Shown: positions 28,108 to 37,752, counted from the stretch's first letter. The stretch: DNA of 64,000 bases from an uncultured Actinomycetes bacterium (GCA_963794045.1 CAWCCJ010000007.1:177654-241653), one strand, 5' to 3'. The notes: a model not told the origin generated them from the sequence alone. A program made the numbers and translations.

Positions 28108-28950
28108 ATGAGGGACGCCGGAGTGATCCTCTGCGGCGTCGCCGATAGCGACACGGCCGGGCCGGTAATCGCCCTCGGCCGCCGCTTTGCCGTCGCCTAC
28201 GGCGCGCAGATCAGCGTCGTCCATGCATTCGACGAGCTTGCTGCCGACGCCGAGCAGACGATGGAATCGATCCGGGCCGACACCGCATCCGACGGGTGGA
28301 TCGAGATCCGGCTGGTCGAGGGGCCATCCGCCGACTGCCTGATCGAGATCGCAGAGAGCGAGCGGGCGGAGTGGATCGTCGTCGGCTCCCGCTCGCGCAG
28401 CACGAGCTCCGGAGCCGTTGGGAACGTTCTCCCGCAACTCGCGCGGAGAGCGCCGTGTCCGGTGGTCGTCGTACCACTCGCCGTCGGCAACGGAGTCTCC
28501 AGCCGTCTCGCCGGCCCGGCGTCGATCGTCTGCGGGATCGATGGGTCCGAGCATGCCCTCGCAGCCGCGAGACTCGCCGGTGAGGTCGGCAGTTGCTTCG
28601 GCCTGCGCGTGCTTCTCGTGCACGCGCTGACATCCTCGCCCACAGTCTCGGACGCTGTGGCACCCGACACCGAGCGAATCATGGCGCGGGCGACGGAGGC
28701 GGTGACGAATCCAGGAACCGAGGTGATCGTCGAGCGGGGGCGGCAAGATCACGTGCTCGCGGCGATCGCAGAGCGCGAGAACGCAAGGCTGATCGCGATT
28801 GCAGCCCACGGAACGAGCCGGCTCGAGGCCGCGCACATCGGCTCGGTCGCGAGCTTGCTCACCGCGTCGTCGCCAGTCCCTCTCATCCTCGTGTCGCAAC
28901 GGGCAGAGAGGAGGATCGTCGATCGGCGGACTGCTCCTTCAGCGCACTAG
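28108..28950 (+). CDS. universal stress protein (tandem Usp domains)
   Basis: Two Usp repeats (..WIVVGSRSRS..GNV..QLARRAPCPVVVV / ..LIAIAAHGTS..GSVASLLTASSPVPLILV). Confidence 0.85.
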   Translation: MRDAGVILCGVADSDTAGPVIALGRRFAVAYGAQISVVHAFDELAADAEQTMESIRADTASDGWIEIRLVEGPSADCLIEIAESERAEWIVVGSRSRSTSSGAVGNVLPQLARRAPCPVVVVPLAVGNGVSSRLAGPASIVCGIDGSEHALAAARLAGEVGSCFGLRVLLVHALTSSPTVSDAVAPDTERIMARATEAVTNPGTEVIVERGRQDHVLAAIAERENARLIAIAAHGTSRLEAAHIGSVASLLTASSPVPLILVSQRAERRIVDRRTAPSAH

Positions 28951-30461
28951 GAAAGCGGACAGATCCAGCGAACGATCGTCCCCGCGCCAGGGCGCGCGCG
29001 AACGCGGATCGAGGCGCCGCTCGCCGCAGCTCGCTCGCGCATGTTCGCGAGCCCCTTCCCTTCGACAACCTCACCGGGGACGAAGCCCACGCCCGAGTCC
29101 TGAACAAGCGCAACGACCCGTCGACTCTCCCGCCGGAACCGGATTCGCGCCACTGCGTCGGGACCGGCATGTTTCGATGCGTTCTGCAACGCCTCGACGA
29201 CGACGTAGTAGAGACCATGCTCAGCTGCTTCGTCGAACCGTCCGGGATCCCCGTCGATTGCGATCTCGAGCCGAGCAGTCACGGCCACGTCGCGCACCGC
29301 CCCGGCGACGCCGGCTTTCGCGAGCAGGCTCGGGTACCTGCCGGAAACGATGTCACGGAGATCGGCCGAGGCCGACGAGAGCAGCGCCGACAGTTCTTCC
29401 AGGAGCACGTCGCCGCCGGCGGGATCGTCGGGCGGTGGGTCACGCATGAGCGCCGTCACGAGTTGTGCACCCAGAAGCTGGCGCTGGATCGAGTCGTGGA
29501 GATCCCGCTCCATGCGCTTGCGCTCGGCCACAACCGCCCGCGCGCGTGCTTCCTCACGCTCGTCCTCACGGGCAGCAGCGTCCGTCGCAGCGGCGGCGAC
29601 GTGTCGGCCGACAAGGCGTGCGTACTCGCGCTCGCTCTCGCCCGCCTTCCGGAGCGGGCTGAAGGCGAGAACCAGCACCGGCACTGCGTCCGGCAGCGCA
29701 TTCGTCGGAAGACGGATGCAGAGGACGGACGCATCGGCTCCGCCGTCGATGCGCGCTCTCGCAGCCACGGGCTCGTCGTGGATCTCAAGTGCCGCGGCGA
29801 CAGCCGGGTGGATCGGCCCAAGTGTCAGCGGCAATGGCGTTCCTCGACCGCACGATGCCACGCACGTCGACGTACCTCCACGCACGAGGTGAATCTCGGC
29901 GACTGCCACGTCATCGTCCTCGACGACGGTTGCGACTGCCGTTTCCAGTACTTCGTCGAGCGGCAGGTGCAAGAGTCGCTCATCGAGGGAGTTGAGACAC
30001 CTCAGCCGGCGTTCGCCGATGACCCGCCTCGTCGTCTCGGTGGAGACGAGCAGCACGCCCTCTGGTGTGCCACGGTCGCCGAAAATCGGGCTGTAGGACC
30101 AGGAGAAAAATGCCTCCTCGAGCCCCCGACCCCGGTCGAAGACGAGGGGCGCATCCTCGGACCACGTCGACTCGCCACGAGCGAGGACGGTCTCGAGCAC
30201 CGGCCCGACGACGTCCCAGATCTCGGCGAGGACGACCCGAGCCGGCTGACCGAGGGCCGCAGGGTGCATGTCGCCGAGCGGCTTTCGCTCCGCGTCGTTG
30301 TACAGGAGGATGAGCTCCGGCCCCCAGTAGATCGCGAGCTGAGAGGACGAGTGCAGGATCATCGTCAGCGCCTGCCACAGCGCCTCGGGCCACTCGTCCA
30401 ACGGCCCGAGTGCCGTCGTGCTCCAGTCTCGAGCCGCGATCAACTGCGCAGTCTCGCTCAT
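28947..30461 (-). CDS. sensor histidine kinase (PAS/GAF sensory region, HisKA_3, HATPase_c)
   Basis: H-box ERKRMERDLHDSIQRQLLG (HisKA_3 type), N-box EALQNASKHAG and G-box DSGVGF. The start is taken at ATG 30461, with in-frame alternatives at 30515 and 30602. Confidence 0.8.
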   Translation of the reverse strand: MSETAQLIAARDWSTTALGPLDEWPEALWQALTMILHSSSQLAIYWGPELILLYNDAERKPLGDMHPAALGQPARVVLAEIWDVVGPVLETVLARGESTWSEDAPLVFDRGRGLEEAFFSWSYSPIFGDRGTPEGVLLVSTETTRRVIGERRLRCLNSLDERLLHLPLDEVLETAVATVVEDDDVAVAEIHLVRGGTSTCVASCGRGTPLPLTLGPIHPAVAAALEIHDEPVAARARIDGGADASVLCIRLPTNALPDAVPVLVLAFSPLRKAGESEREYARLVGRHVAAAATDAAAREDEREEARARAVVAERKRMERDLHDSIQRQLLGAQLVTALMRDPPPDDPAGGDVLLEELSALLSSASADLRDIVSGRYPSLLAKAGVAGAVRDVAVTARLEIAIDGDPGRFDEAAEHGLYYVVVEALQNASKHAGPDAVARIRFRRESRRVVALVQDSGVGFVPGEVVEGKGLANMRERAAASGASIRVRARPGAGTIVRWICPLS

Positions 30462-30579
30462 GCCGAGCGGCGACCTCGAACGCTGCTTTCGCCGCAGGCT
30501 TGGCACCGACTCCATGGAAGGCCTCCTCGAAGCCACTATGCGCCTTCGCCCGAGGCTCCGCAATCGCGCGGGCGGACGT

Positions 30580-31293
30580 CTAGTCCGGTGGCGTTTCGAC
30601 AATCCGGAAGCCGAACCCTCGAACGGTGCGGATGAAGCGAGGCCTCTGCGGATCGTCGCCGAGCTTGCGGCGCAGGTTCGACATGTGGACGTCGATCACG
30701 TGGTCGTCGCCGAACCAACTCGGCCCCCACACCTGCTCTAGCAACTGCTGTCGGCTGAGCGTCAGCCGCGGATTCCGCGCGAGTGTCTCCAGCAGGCCGA
30801 ACTCCAGTCCGCTGAGTGTGACGGCCTCGCCGGCGACCCGGACTTCACGGCGTCCGGTATCGATCTCCAGGTCACCAAGTTGGAGGACGTTCGGCGTCGA
30901 GCCCAGATACCGCGGCCGTCGCAGCATTGCCTGGACCCGTGCCATGAGCTCTGCCGTCCGGACGGGCTGCGGCATGAAGTCGTCCGCGCCGACCGAGAGG
31001 CTGAGCACGGCGTCGAGCTCTGACCTGCGCTCGCCCACGGCGACGATGTAGGCATTCGTCGTCGAACGAAGTCTCCGGCAGATGTCGATCGGGTCCGCGG
31101 TCGGCGCAGCGACGTCGAGGACGATGACGTCCACCACCGGCGCGTTTGCCACCGCGTCCTCGGGGTCGACCTCGGACTCGACCGCGAACCCGTGATCTGC
31201 CAGAACCACCCGCATCGCGTCGTCGATCGCTTGCCCGTCGCCGACGAGAAGAGCACGGTGTGAGTAACCGGTGGCGGCGCCCGTATCGATCAC
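30580..31293 (-). CDS. OmpR/PhoB-family response regulator with atypical receiver domain
   Basis: Winged-helix C-terminus (LSGLEFGLLETLARNP..VHMSNLRRKL..IRTVRGFGFR). The receiver has GDG instead of DD and MPQP instead of TKP. The GTG 31293 start is inferred. Confidence 0.8.
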   Translation of the reverse strand: MIDTGAATGYSHRALLVGDGQAIDDAMRVVLADHGFAVESEVDPEDAVANAPVVDVIVLDVAAPTADPIDICRRLRSTTNAYIVAVGERRSELDAVLSLSVGADDFMPQPVRTAELMARVQAMLRRPRYLGSTPNVLQLGDLEIDTGRREVRVAGEAVTLSGLEFGLLETLARNPRLTLSRQQLLEQVWGPSWFGDDHVIDVHMSNLRRKLGDDPQRPRFIRTVRGFGFRIVETPPD

Positions 31294-31417
31294 GTAGCGC
31301 CGATGGTAGGCAGGCCTCCCGCGTCGGGCCAGGTGGCGCTCACCGGACACCACCCCGTACGTGCCTGGACGGGCAACACGTGCGTGCACCCCCATGCGGC
31401 GGCGTATCGTCTGTCAG

Positions 31418-32083
31418 ATGGCCGTGCGCGTCGTGCTCGCGGAGGACGACCTCCTGATCCGTGAGGGTGTGCGGCGGCTGCTCGAGGGCGATGAAAGCGT
31501 CGAGGTGGTGGCGGCATATCCCGACGGTGATCACGTGCTCCGAAATCTCGCCGAGGACTCTCCCGATGTCGTCGTCACCGACATCCGCATGCCGCCGACG
31601 CGGGTCGATGAAGGGCTGCAACTTGCGCGCTCGCTCGGCGAGCAGGCGCCGGAAGTCGCAGTCATCGTCCTCAGCCAGGTGGCGAGCGCCGAATACGCGG
31701 CTCAGATTTTTGCGCCGGCGTCCGAGCGTCGCGCATATCTCTTGAAAGAGCGGGTGACGGACCCCTCGATTCTCGTGCGGGCGATAGCGGACGTCGCCGC
31801 CGGCGGGTCATACGTCGACCCCGAGATCGTCGTCTCGCTCGTTGCCGCTCGTCGCGAGGAGCCGTCGGCACTTGACGACCTCAGCGCGCGAGAGCGCGAG
31901 GTGCTCGCGCTCGTAGCCGAAGGGCTCAGCAATGCAGCGATCGCGCAACGTCTCCATCTCACGAAGCGGTCGGTCGAGGGACACATCAACGCGATCTTCA
32001 TGAAGCTGGGGCTCCCCGATGAGCACGCGGTCAGCCGACGCGTGGCAGCGGCGCTGCTCTTCCTGTCGGAGTCGAGGACATGA
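31418..32083 (+). CDS. NarL/FixJ (LuxR-type) response regulator
   Basis: Receiver motifs VVLAEDD...VVVTDIRMP plus a C-terminal LuxR HTH (LSAREREVLALVAEGLSNAAIAQRLHLTKRSVEGHI). Confidence 0.85.
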   Translation: MAVRVVLAEDDLLIREGVRRLLEGDESVEVVAAYPDGDHVLRNLAEDSPDVVVTDIRMPPTRVDEGLQLARSLGEQAPEVAVIVLSQVASAEYAAQIFAPASERRAYLLKERVTDPSILVRAIADVAAGGSYVDPEIVVSLVAARREEPSALDDLSAREREVLALVAEGLSNAAIAQRLHLTKRSVEGHINAIFMKLGLPDEHAVSRRVAAALLFLSESRT

Positions 32084-32101
32084 CACCTTGACTCGCGCCG
32101 A

Positions 32102-34018
32102 TCACGAGCTCGCCGAGAGCCCTATCTCTGCCGGCAGAAGGTCGGAGGACGGCTCACCACTGAGCTCGTTCCGCACGCGGCAGTCGAAGTAGACGTACGC
32201 GGTGGTGAGTGCAACGAACGGCATGGTCACCGCGTAGATCGCGCCCGCGACCACGTTCACGAGCCAGAACGGTGCGCTCGTCGCGAGGATCAGCAGGGCG
32301 CCGACGAGCGGCCCGAGCACGAGCACGAGCGCCCCGACGGCCACGATCAGCGAAGCAACCTTCAGCCAGTGGCGGTTGACGAGGCGGCGGCTGCGTCGGA
32401 GGCCGTCGAGGGCTCGGGCGTCCTCGATCTCGATGACAGGTACGACGAGCGCCCAGCGTCCGGCCACCCAAACAGCGATCGGGAGCAGGTAGAGCGAGCT
32501 CGCGAGTAGCGAGACGACGACTGCCGCGATGAGCAGCGCGCCGAACAGACGGCCTGCGTGCACCACGGTCAGCCGGTAGGCCTGGAGCGGCCCCACGCGG
32601 CGGCCCGCGTCGAGCTCGAGCAGCGCTCTCGCCGTCGCCGCCTGCACGAGTCCAAGCGCGAGCAGCGTGAGGGCCGTACCGAGCGCGAGCGCGACGAACG
32701 CGACGACCCCGCTGCTGCCGCGGCCGACCTGCACCCCGAGCATGCTCGTCGAGTGCAGGAGCAGTGCCTGGAGGAGTGAGACGAGCAGACCGATCGGCAC
32801 GAACAGGACCCCGAGGCCCACGAAGAGCGGGAGGCGTGCGACGTACATCCGCCCCGAGGCGGCGAGTATCTGCCCCCATGCCCGACGGTGCGCCAGGCGA
32901 AGCGGCGCCGTCGGGCGCCAGGCAGTGCGGGAGAGCAGGAACGCTGCGACGAGGAGGAGCCCGCCGACGATCAGGCTGAACGTAACGGGATCGTGTACGA
33001 GTTGCACGAGCGACCGAGAGGCGTGCGCGACGGCGCCGCAGAAGAAGCCCGTCGCCTCGTGCCCGAACACGCTCCCTCCGGGCACCGTGTAGCTGCGGCT
33101 GCGCCACCCCTCCGCCCATGCGAGCGGCTGCGTCCACTGAGCCTTGAGGTTCGGCCCGGTCGGCCCGTTGAAGAAGGCGGGCCGGAGCTCGCCCCAACGC
33201 CCCAGGAACGCTATCCACGGCTCCCGAGCGCGCGCTGACGCGGCGTCGCTCGGAATCGTCACCACTGCAGGGCGCAGGTCGACGGTCGGCCCCCGCGTGT
33301 CGTCGCAGCCGACGCCCTCCTCGGCCGAGCTGCCGAGGTAGAGCGCCTCCCCGTAGAAGTTCGCGTGCGAGCCCTCGGCAGGATGGACGACGGGGTGGGT
33401 GCCGTCGACACGCTCGAGCTTCGCGTCGTGCCATTCGGCGCGCTCGGCGCCCTCATGCTGGCTGTACCCGATCTCGACCGGTGGCCGCTGGAGCGCCGCC
33501 GCGACAGTCGGTGCATCGAAGACCAGCTGGATCATCTCCCAGTCGCCCTCGTGCAGGTTGTTCCAGTCGTTGAACACGTAGAAGAACCAGTACTGCAGCG
33601 CGAGTCGCCCCGCGTACGCAGGATCCGTTACGACGTGTGCGTACGCCGTCGGAGTGCGCTCGGCGCGGAGGTGCTGCTGCCAGTGCAGATAGTCGCAGCC
33701 CGGCTGGAGTGCGTTGCCCGGGAAGTCGAGGTGATAGCCGTAGAGACCGCGCCCGAGCTCGCTCGCCGGCGGGCCGATCTCGACGAGATCGTTCCCCCAC
33801 GGCCCCCGAAGCGCCACCGTCGGCTCGTCGAAGAGCAGGTCGACGTCGATCGGCACGTATCGCGCGTCGGGGCCGCAGCCCTCGCCGCCGGCGACGAGTC
33901 GGACGACCGGCGCGTACCGCGCTGCGAGAGCCCGCTCCTGTCCGAGGTCGGCACGAGCGGTGCCCGCGCAGGCGAGGAGCCCGGCGGCCGCTGCGACCAG
34001 AACGAGGAGCGCCCTCAT
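32102..34018 (-). CDS. secreted Vps62/DUF946-like domain fused to a polytopic membrane domain
   Basis: ATG at 34018 follows a GAGGA Shine-Dalgarno sequence. The signal peptide is MRALLVLVAAAAGLLACAG. The motif YWFFYVFNDWNNLHEGDWEMIQLVF is followed by six or more C-terminal TM helices. Confidence 0.7.
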   Translation of the reverse strand: MRALLVLVAAAAGLLACAGTARADLGQERALAARYAPVVRLVAGGEGCGPDARYVPIDVDLLFDEPTVALRGPWGNDLVEIGPPASELGRGLYGYHLDFPGNALQPGCDYLHWQQHLRAERTPTAYAHVVTDPAYAGRLALQYWFFYVFNDWNNLHEGDWEMIQLVFDAPTVAAALQRPPVEIGYSQHEGAERAEWHDAKLERVDGTHPVVHPAEGSHANFYGEALYLGSSAEEGVGCDDTRGPTVDLRPAVVTIPSDAASARAREPWIAFLGRWGELRPAFFNGPTGPNLKAQWTQPLAWAEGWRSRSYTVPGGSVFGHEATGFFCGAVAHASRSLVQLVHDPVTFSLIVGGLLLVAAFLLSRTAWRPTAPLRLAHRRAWGQILAASGRMYVARLPLFVGLGVLFVPIGLLVSLLQALLLHSTSMLGVQVGRGSSGVVAFVALALGTALTLLALGLVQAATARALLELDAGRRVGPLQAYRLTVVHAGRLFGALLIAAVVVSLLASSLYLLPIAVWVAGRWALVVPVIEIEDARALDGLRRSRRLVNRHWLKVASLIVAVGALVLVLGPLVGALLILATSAPFWLVNVVAGAIYAVTMPFVALTTAYVYFDCRVRNELSGEPSSDLLPAEIGLSASS

Positions 34019-34106
34019 CGGTAGATCCTCGGCGTGCCTCCGCCGAAGTGCAAGTCGGCGAGATCCGCGCCCTTGACGCCCGCTGCGAATCCTGAAAGCG
34101 TGCTCA

Positions 34107-34120
34107 TGTAAACGTTTACA
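34107..34120. promoter_or_regulatory. perfect 14-bp palindrome TGTAAACGTTTACA (LacI/cre-type operator)
   Basis: It fits the LacI-family consensus TGNAANCGNTTNCA. It lies 40 nt upstream of the GH6 start, and a LacI-family gene follows GH6. Confidence 0.6.
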
Positions 34121-34159
34121 CGCGGCTCTACCAGGGCCGCTCGACAAGGGGGTTCGCTG

Positions 34160-35467
34160 GTGCACAGCTTCATCCGTCGCCTCGCCGCGGCAGCCGTCAT
34201 CGCCCTTGCACTCGGCGCGGCGGCAACCGCCACCGCGGCGCCGCGCCCGCTACCGGTCGGCACTCGGTTCTTCGTCCCTGCGCCGGACACGGCCGCGGTT
34301 CAGCAGGAGCTCCAGCTCGTCCTGCACGGGAACCTCGCGGGCGCGGTAAACCTGGGGGCGCTTCTTGCGCGGGGCCACGCCGTCTGGCTCAACGGCGGCA
34401 CCGCGGTCTCGGCGCAGAAGACCGTTCGACAGACGATGACGGCCGCGGCGCTCGAGCGTCGCGTCCCCGTGTTCGTCATCTACGACGTCCCCTTCCGTGA
34501 CTGCGGTCAGTACTCCTCCGGCGGGGCGAGGTCGACCGCGGACTACCTTGCATACGTCGACGGCGTCGCGCGCGGCATCGGGAGCGGGACCGCGGTCGTC
34601 GTCGAGGAGCCCGACGGGCTCGGTCTCATTCCAGGTGAGGGGTGCACGCCGAGTGATGCGGACCTCGCCGCCGCCGGGCTCAGTCTCGACCAGGCGAACC
34701 AGGCCCGGTACGACCAGCTCACCGGAGCAGTGAGCCGGCTCGAGCAGAATCCGCACGCGAGCGTCTACCTCGACGCCACGCATCCGGGGTGGCTCAACGT
34801 CGGAGACGTGACGAAGCGGCTGCTCAAGGCCGGCGTGCAAGCCGCGCAGGGCTTCTACCTCAACGCGTCCAACTACCAGTACACCGCCAACGACGTCTTC
34901 TACGGGACGTGGATCTCCGACTGCATCGCGTTCGCCACGCAGCTTGGTGGCTCAGCGGACGCGTGCCCCAACCAGTACTGGGACGGCGGCCCCGCCACGA
35001 ACTGGGACGGCGACGCGCTCGACACCTACCAGGTGTGGCGCGATCAACCGTACAGCGGTGTTCATTCCGATCTGAAGTGGAACACCGTGGGGATCGACTC
35101 GCGCTGGGCGCAGATGCTCGGGAGCGTGGAGCCGACGACGCACTTCGTCGTCGACACGAGTCGTAACGGGCTCGGGCCATGGAACTGGGCGGCCGCCGGG
35201 TACGCAAATGCGGGCGTCGCGCAGGACTGGTGCAACCCTCCGGCTCGGGGTGCAGGCATCGGGCCGACGACGAGCACCGGCAACGCGCTCGTCGACGCGT
35301 ACCTCTGGATCAAGACACCAGGCGAGTCGGACGGCTCGTGCACGCGTGACGGCTCCGCCGGCACCGTTGATCCGGAGCGCGGCGTCGTCGACCCGGCCGC
35401 CGGCGCGTGGTTCCCGCAGCAGGCGCTCGAACTGGCGATGCTCGCATCGCCTTCGCTGCGCCCGTAA
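34160..35467 (+). CDS. glycoside hydrolase family 6 (cellulase-type)
   Basis: Signal peptide plus YDVPFRDCGQYSSGG and DAYLWIKTPGESDGSC, the GH6 catalytic-region motifs. Confidence 0.85.
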   Translation: MHSFIRRLAAAAVIALALGAAATATAAPRPLPVGTRFFVPAPDTAAVQQELQLVLHGNLAGAVNLGALLARGHAVWLNGGTAVSAQKTVRQTMTAAALERRVPVFVIYDVPFRDCGQYSSGGARSTADYLAYVDGVARGIGSGTAVVVEEPDGLGLIPGEGCTPSDADLAAAGLSLDQANQARYDQLTGAVSRLEQNPHASVYLDATHPGWLNVGDVTKRLLKAGVQAAQGFYLNASNYQYTANDVFYGTWISDCIAFATQLGGSADACPNQYWDGGPATNWDGDALDTYQVWRDQPYSGVHSDLKWNTVGIDSRWAQMLGSVEPTTHFVVDTSRNGLGPWNWAAAGYANAGVAQDWCNPPARGAGIGPTTSTGNALVDAYLWIKTPGESDGSCTRDGSAGTVDPERGVVDPAAGAWFPQQALELAMLASPSLRP

Positions 35468-35475
35468 CCGCGAGA

Positions 35476-36534
35476 ATGGGGACGGCGGCGGTGCCGCCGT
35501 CCCCAACGCCCCCGGAGGAGAAACCGATCGCGAACATCCGCGAGATCGCGAGGCTGAGCGGCGTCTCCGTCGCCACGGTGTCACGCGTCCTCAACGACTC
35601 GGCGAACGTGAGCGAGGATGTCCGCGAGCGCGTGCTCGGGCACGCGCGGCGGCTCGACTACGTGCCGAGCGCAGCAGCACGGACGCTCGTCGGCGGCCGG
35701 TCGCAGCTCATCGGCGTCGTCGTCAACACGGGCAGCGGCCACCCCGATCTCAAGCACCCGTTTTTCCAGGACGTGCTCGTCGCGCTGAAGGATGAGCTCG
35801 GCGCACACGATTACGACCTGCTGCTCGCCTCGAAGCAGTCGTTCCTGCGTAGCGCGCTCGAGCATCGCGTCGACGGCCTCGTGCTGATGGGCGTCGACCG
35901 GAACGCCGACGAGGTCGGGACGGTGCTGGAGCGGCAGATCCCGACGGTCTTCGTCGATCTGCAGCTGCGCGGCGAGCGCGCGGGCTACGTCACCTCGGAC
36001 AACGTCATGGGTGGACGGCTCGCTGTGGAGCACCTCGCGGCGCTCGGTCACACGCGCATCGCGACGATCACCGGACTCGCGCACACAACCCCTGGCGGCG
36101 ACCGGCTACGCGGCTACCGCGACGGATTGCGCGTGCACGGGCTCCCCGAGCGGCCGGAGTACGTGCGCGAGGGCGATTTCTATCCGGACAGCGGCTCGGT
36201 ACAGATGCAGGCGCTGCTCGCGTTGCCCGGGCCGCCGACTGCAGTGTTCGCGGCGAGCGACGACATGGCGATGGGCGCGCTTTCCGCGATCGCCCAAGCG
36301 AGGTTGTCGGTGCCGGGAGACGTCTCGCTCGTCGGCTTCGACGACGACGAGGTCGCACCGCTACTGCGGCCGCCGCTCACGACGGTGCGGCAGAACAAGC
36401 CGGCGCTCGGCGCTGCGGCGGGGGCGGCGCTGATACAGCTGATCGAGTCGGAGGACGCGACGCCGCCCGAGCTCGTCCTGCCGGTCGAGCTCGTCGTCCG
36501 CGAGTCGTCGGCGGCACCGGCAACTCCTGAGTAG
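35476..36534 (+). CDS. LacI family transcriptional regulator
   Basis: N-terminal HTH NIREIARLSGVSVATVSRVLN followed by a periplasmic-binding-fold sugar domain. Confidence 0.85.
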   Translation: MGTAAVPPSPTPPEEKPIANIREIARLSGVSVATVSRVLNDSANVSEDVRERVLGHARRLDYVPSAAARTLVGGRSQLIGVVVNTGSGHPDLKHPFFQDVLVALKDELGAHDYDLLLASKQSFLRSALEHRVDGLVLMGVDRNADEVGTVLERQIPTVFVDLQLRGERAGYVTSDNVMGGRLAVEHLAALGHTRIATITGLAHTTPGGDRLRGYRDGLRVHGLPERPEYVREGDFYPDSGSVQMQALLALPGPPTAVFAASDDMAMGALSAIAQARLSVPGDVSLVGFDDDEVAPLLRPPLTTVRQNKPALGAAAGAALIQLIESEDATPPELVLPVELVVRESSAAPATPE

Positions 36535-36573
36535 CCGTACGCGGGGCATTTGCGTCAGCCGGGCGCTTCTGCA

Positions 36574-36597
36574 ATACTGAACTCAATGGTTCAGTAT
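36574..36597. promoter_or_regulatory. inverted repeat ATACTGAAC-N6-GTTCAGTAT overlapping the ArsR-family start codon
   Basis: Perfect 9-bp arms. The spacer TCAATG contains the ATG at 36586. This is a candidate autoregulatory operator. Confidence 0.55.
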
Positions 36598-36879
36598 CTG
36601 ACCGTCGACCGCATGTTCAGCGCCCTCGCCGACCCTACGCGGCGCGCCGTCGTCGAGCGGCTCGGCAACGGGAGCGCGACGATCAGCGAGCTCGCCGAGC
36701 CGTTCGGCATCTCGCTGACCGGCATGAAGAAACACGTGCTCGTCCTGGAAGACGCCGGTCTCGTCACGACGACGAAACTCGGGCGAGCGCGGCACTGCGA
36801 ACTCGCGCCGCATGCACTCGACGGCATTCAGGCCTGGCTCCAACGACTCGACCGATTCGCGGAGGTGCTCAAGCAATGA
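36586..36879 (+). CDS. ArsR/SmtB family transcriptional regulator
   Basis: LADPTRRAVVERL...ISELAEPFGISLTGMKKHVLVLEDAGLV winged HTH. Confidence 0.85.
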   Translation: MVQYLTVDRMFSALADPTRRAVVERLGNGSATISELAEPFGISLTGMKKHVLVLEDAGLVTTTKLGRARHCELAPHALDGIQAWLQRLDRFAEVLKQ

Positions 36880-37313
36880 AGACCGAAGTGACGACACCGA
36901 ACGACCTGGAGATCCGGCTCGAGCGCGTCTTCGACGCGCCGCGCGAACGGGTCTTCGCGATCTGGACCGACCCCGAGCTGATCCCGAAGTGGTGGGGCGA
37001 CGGCACCGTTGTCGAGGAGATGGAGGTTCGGAACGGCGGCCGCTACCGATTCCGAACCGCGAACGGCGTGCTCGCGGGCGACTTCCACGAGGTGGTGCCG
37101 CCGGAGCGGATCGTGCAGACGTTCATGAATCACGTGCAGACGCTCGAGTTCGAGGATCTCGGCGACCGGACGAAGCTGACGCAGACGATGCGCTTCGAGT
37201 CGTCAGAGGCGCGCGATCAGACGATGCAGTACGGCGTCGAGGCGGGAGCGGAAGCCGGCTTCGAGCGGATCGACGCGGTCCTCGAGTCGATCGGAACGGC
37301 GGCGGCGAGCTAG
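36876..37313 (+). CDS. SRPBCC / AHSA1-like domain protein
   Basis: ATGA overlap with the ArsR gene. The segment RVFDAPRERVFAIWTDPELIPKWWG is typical of the AHSA1 family partner of ArsR regulators. Confidence 0.8.
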   Translation: MKTEVTTPNDLEIRLERVFDAPRERVFAIWTDPELIPKWWGDGTVVEEMEVRNGGRYRFRTANGVLAGDFHEVVPPERIVQTFMNHVQTLEFEDLGDRTKLTQTMRFESSEARDQTMQYGVEAGAEAGFERIDAVLESIGTAAAS

Positions 37314-37335
37314 CGGACGGGTTCCCTGCCCGCGG

Positions 37336-37752
37336 TCATTCGGTCTCGTGCTGGATGTCCGCGGGCAGGTGCACCCACGGGTGCTGCCGGTTCTCGTAGA
37401 TCGACCGCACCGGCGGCGGGAACGACGGATCGGCGAACGCGCCTACCGGGATCGCGACGACGTCGGGCGCATCCGGGTAGCCATAGAAGACCGTGGCCCC
37501 GCACTCGGGGCAGAAGCGGAAGTTCCGTTCGTCGCCGTCGTCGGAGACTCGCACGTACTCCTTGAAGCGGCCCTCGATCCGGACCTGCGCCTCGTCGAAT
37601 CGTGCCTGCACGCCGAAGACGCTGCCTGTCCGCTGCTGACAGGCGAGGCAGTGGCAGATCGACACGCGGACCGGGTCGCCGTCGGCGACGAGCCGCAGCT
37701 GGCCGCAGCTGCACGAAGCCTCGCGTTGCACGCCGCGATCGTACGCAATCAA
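37336..37752 (-). CDS. GFA (glutathione-dependent formaldehyde-activating) family protein
   Basis: Cys motifs CSCG...CHCLACQ...FCPECG. The TTG 37752 start is inferred. Confidence 0.7.
   Translation of the reverse strand: MIAYDRGVQREASCSCGQLRLVADGDPVRVSICHCLACQQRTGSVFGVQARFDEAQVRIEGRFKEYVRVSDDGDERNFRFCPECGATVFYGYPDAPDVVAIPVGAFADPSFPPPVRSIYENRQHPWVHLPADIQHETE

Noticed and set aside
28593-30635. 680-aa plus-strand ORF
   Set aside because: It lies antisense to the histidine kinase gene, which has clear H, N and G boxes. No motifs appear in the plus-strand translation.
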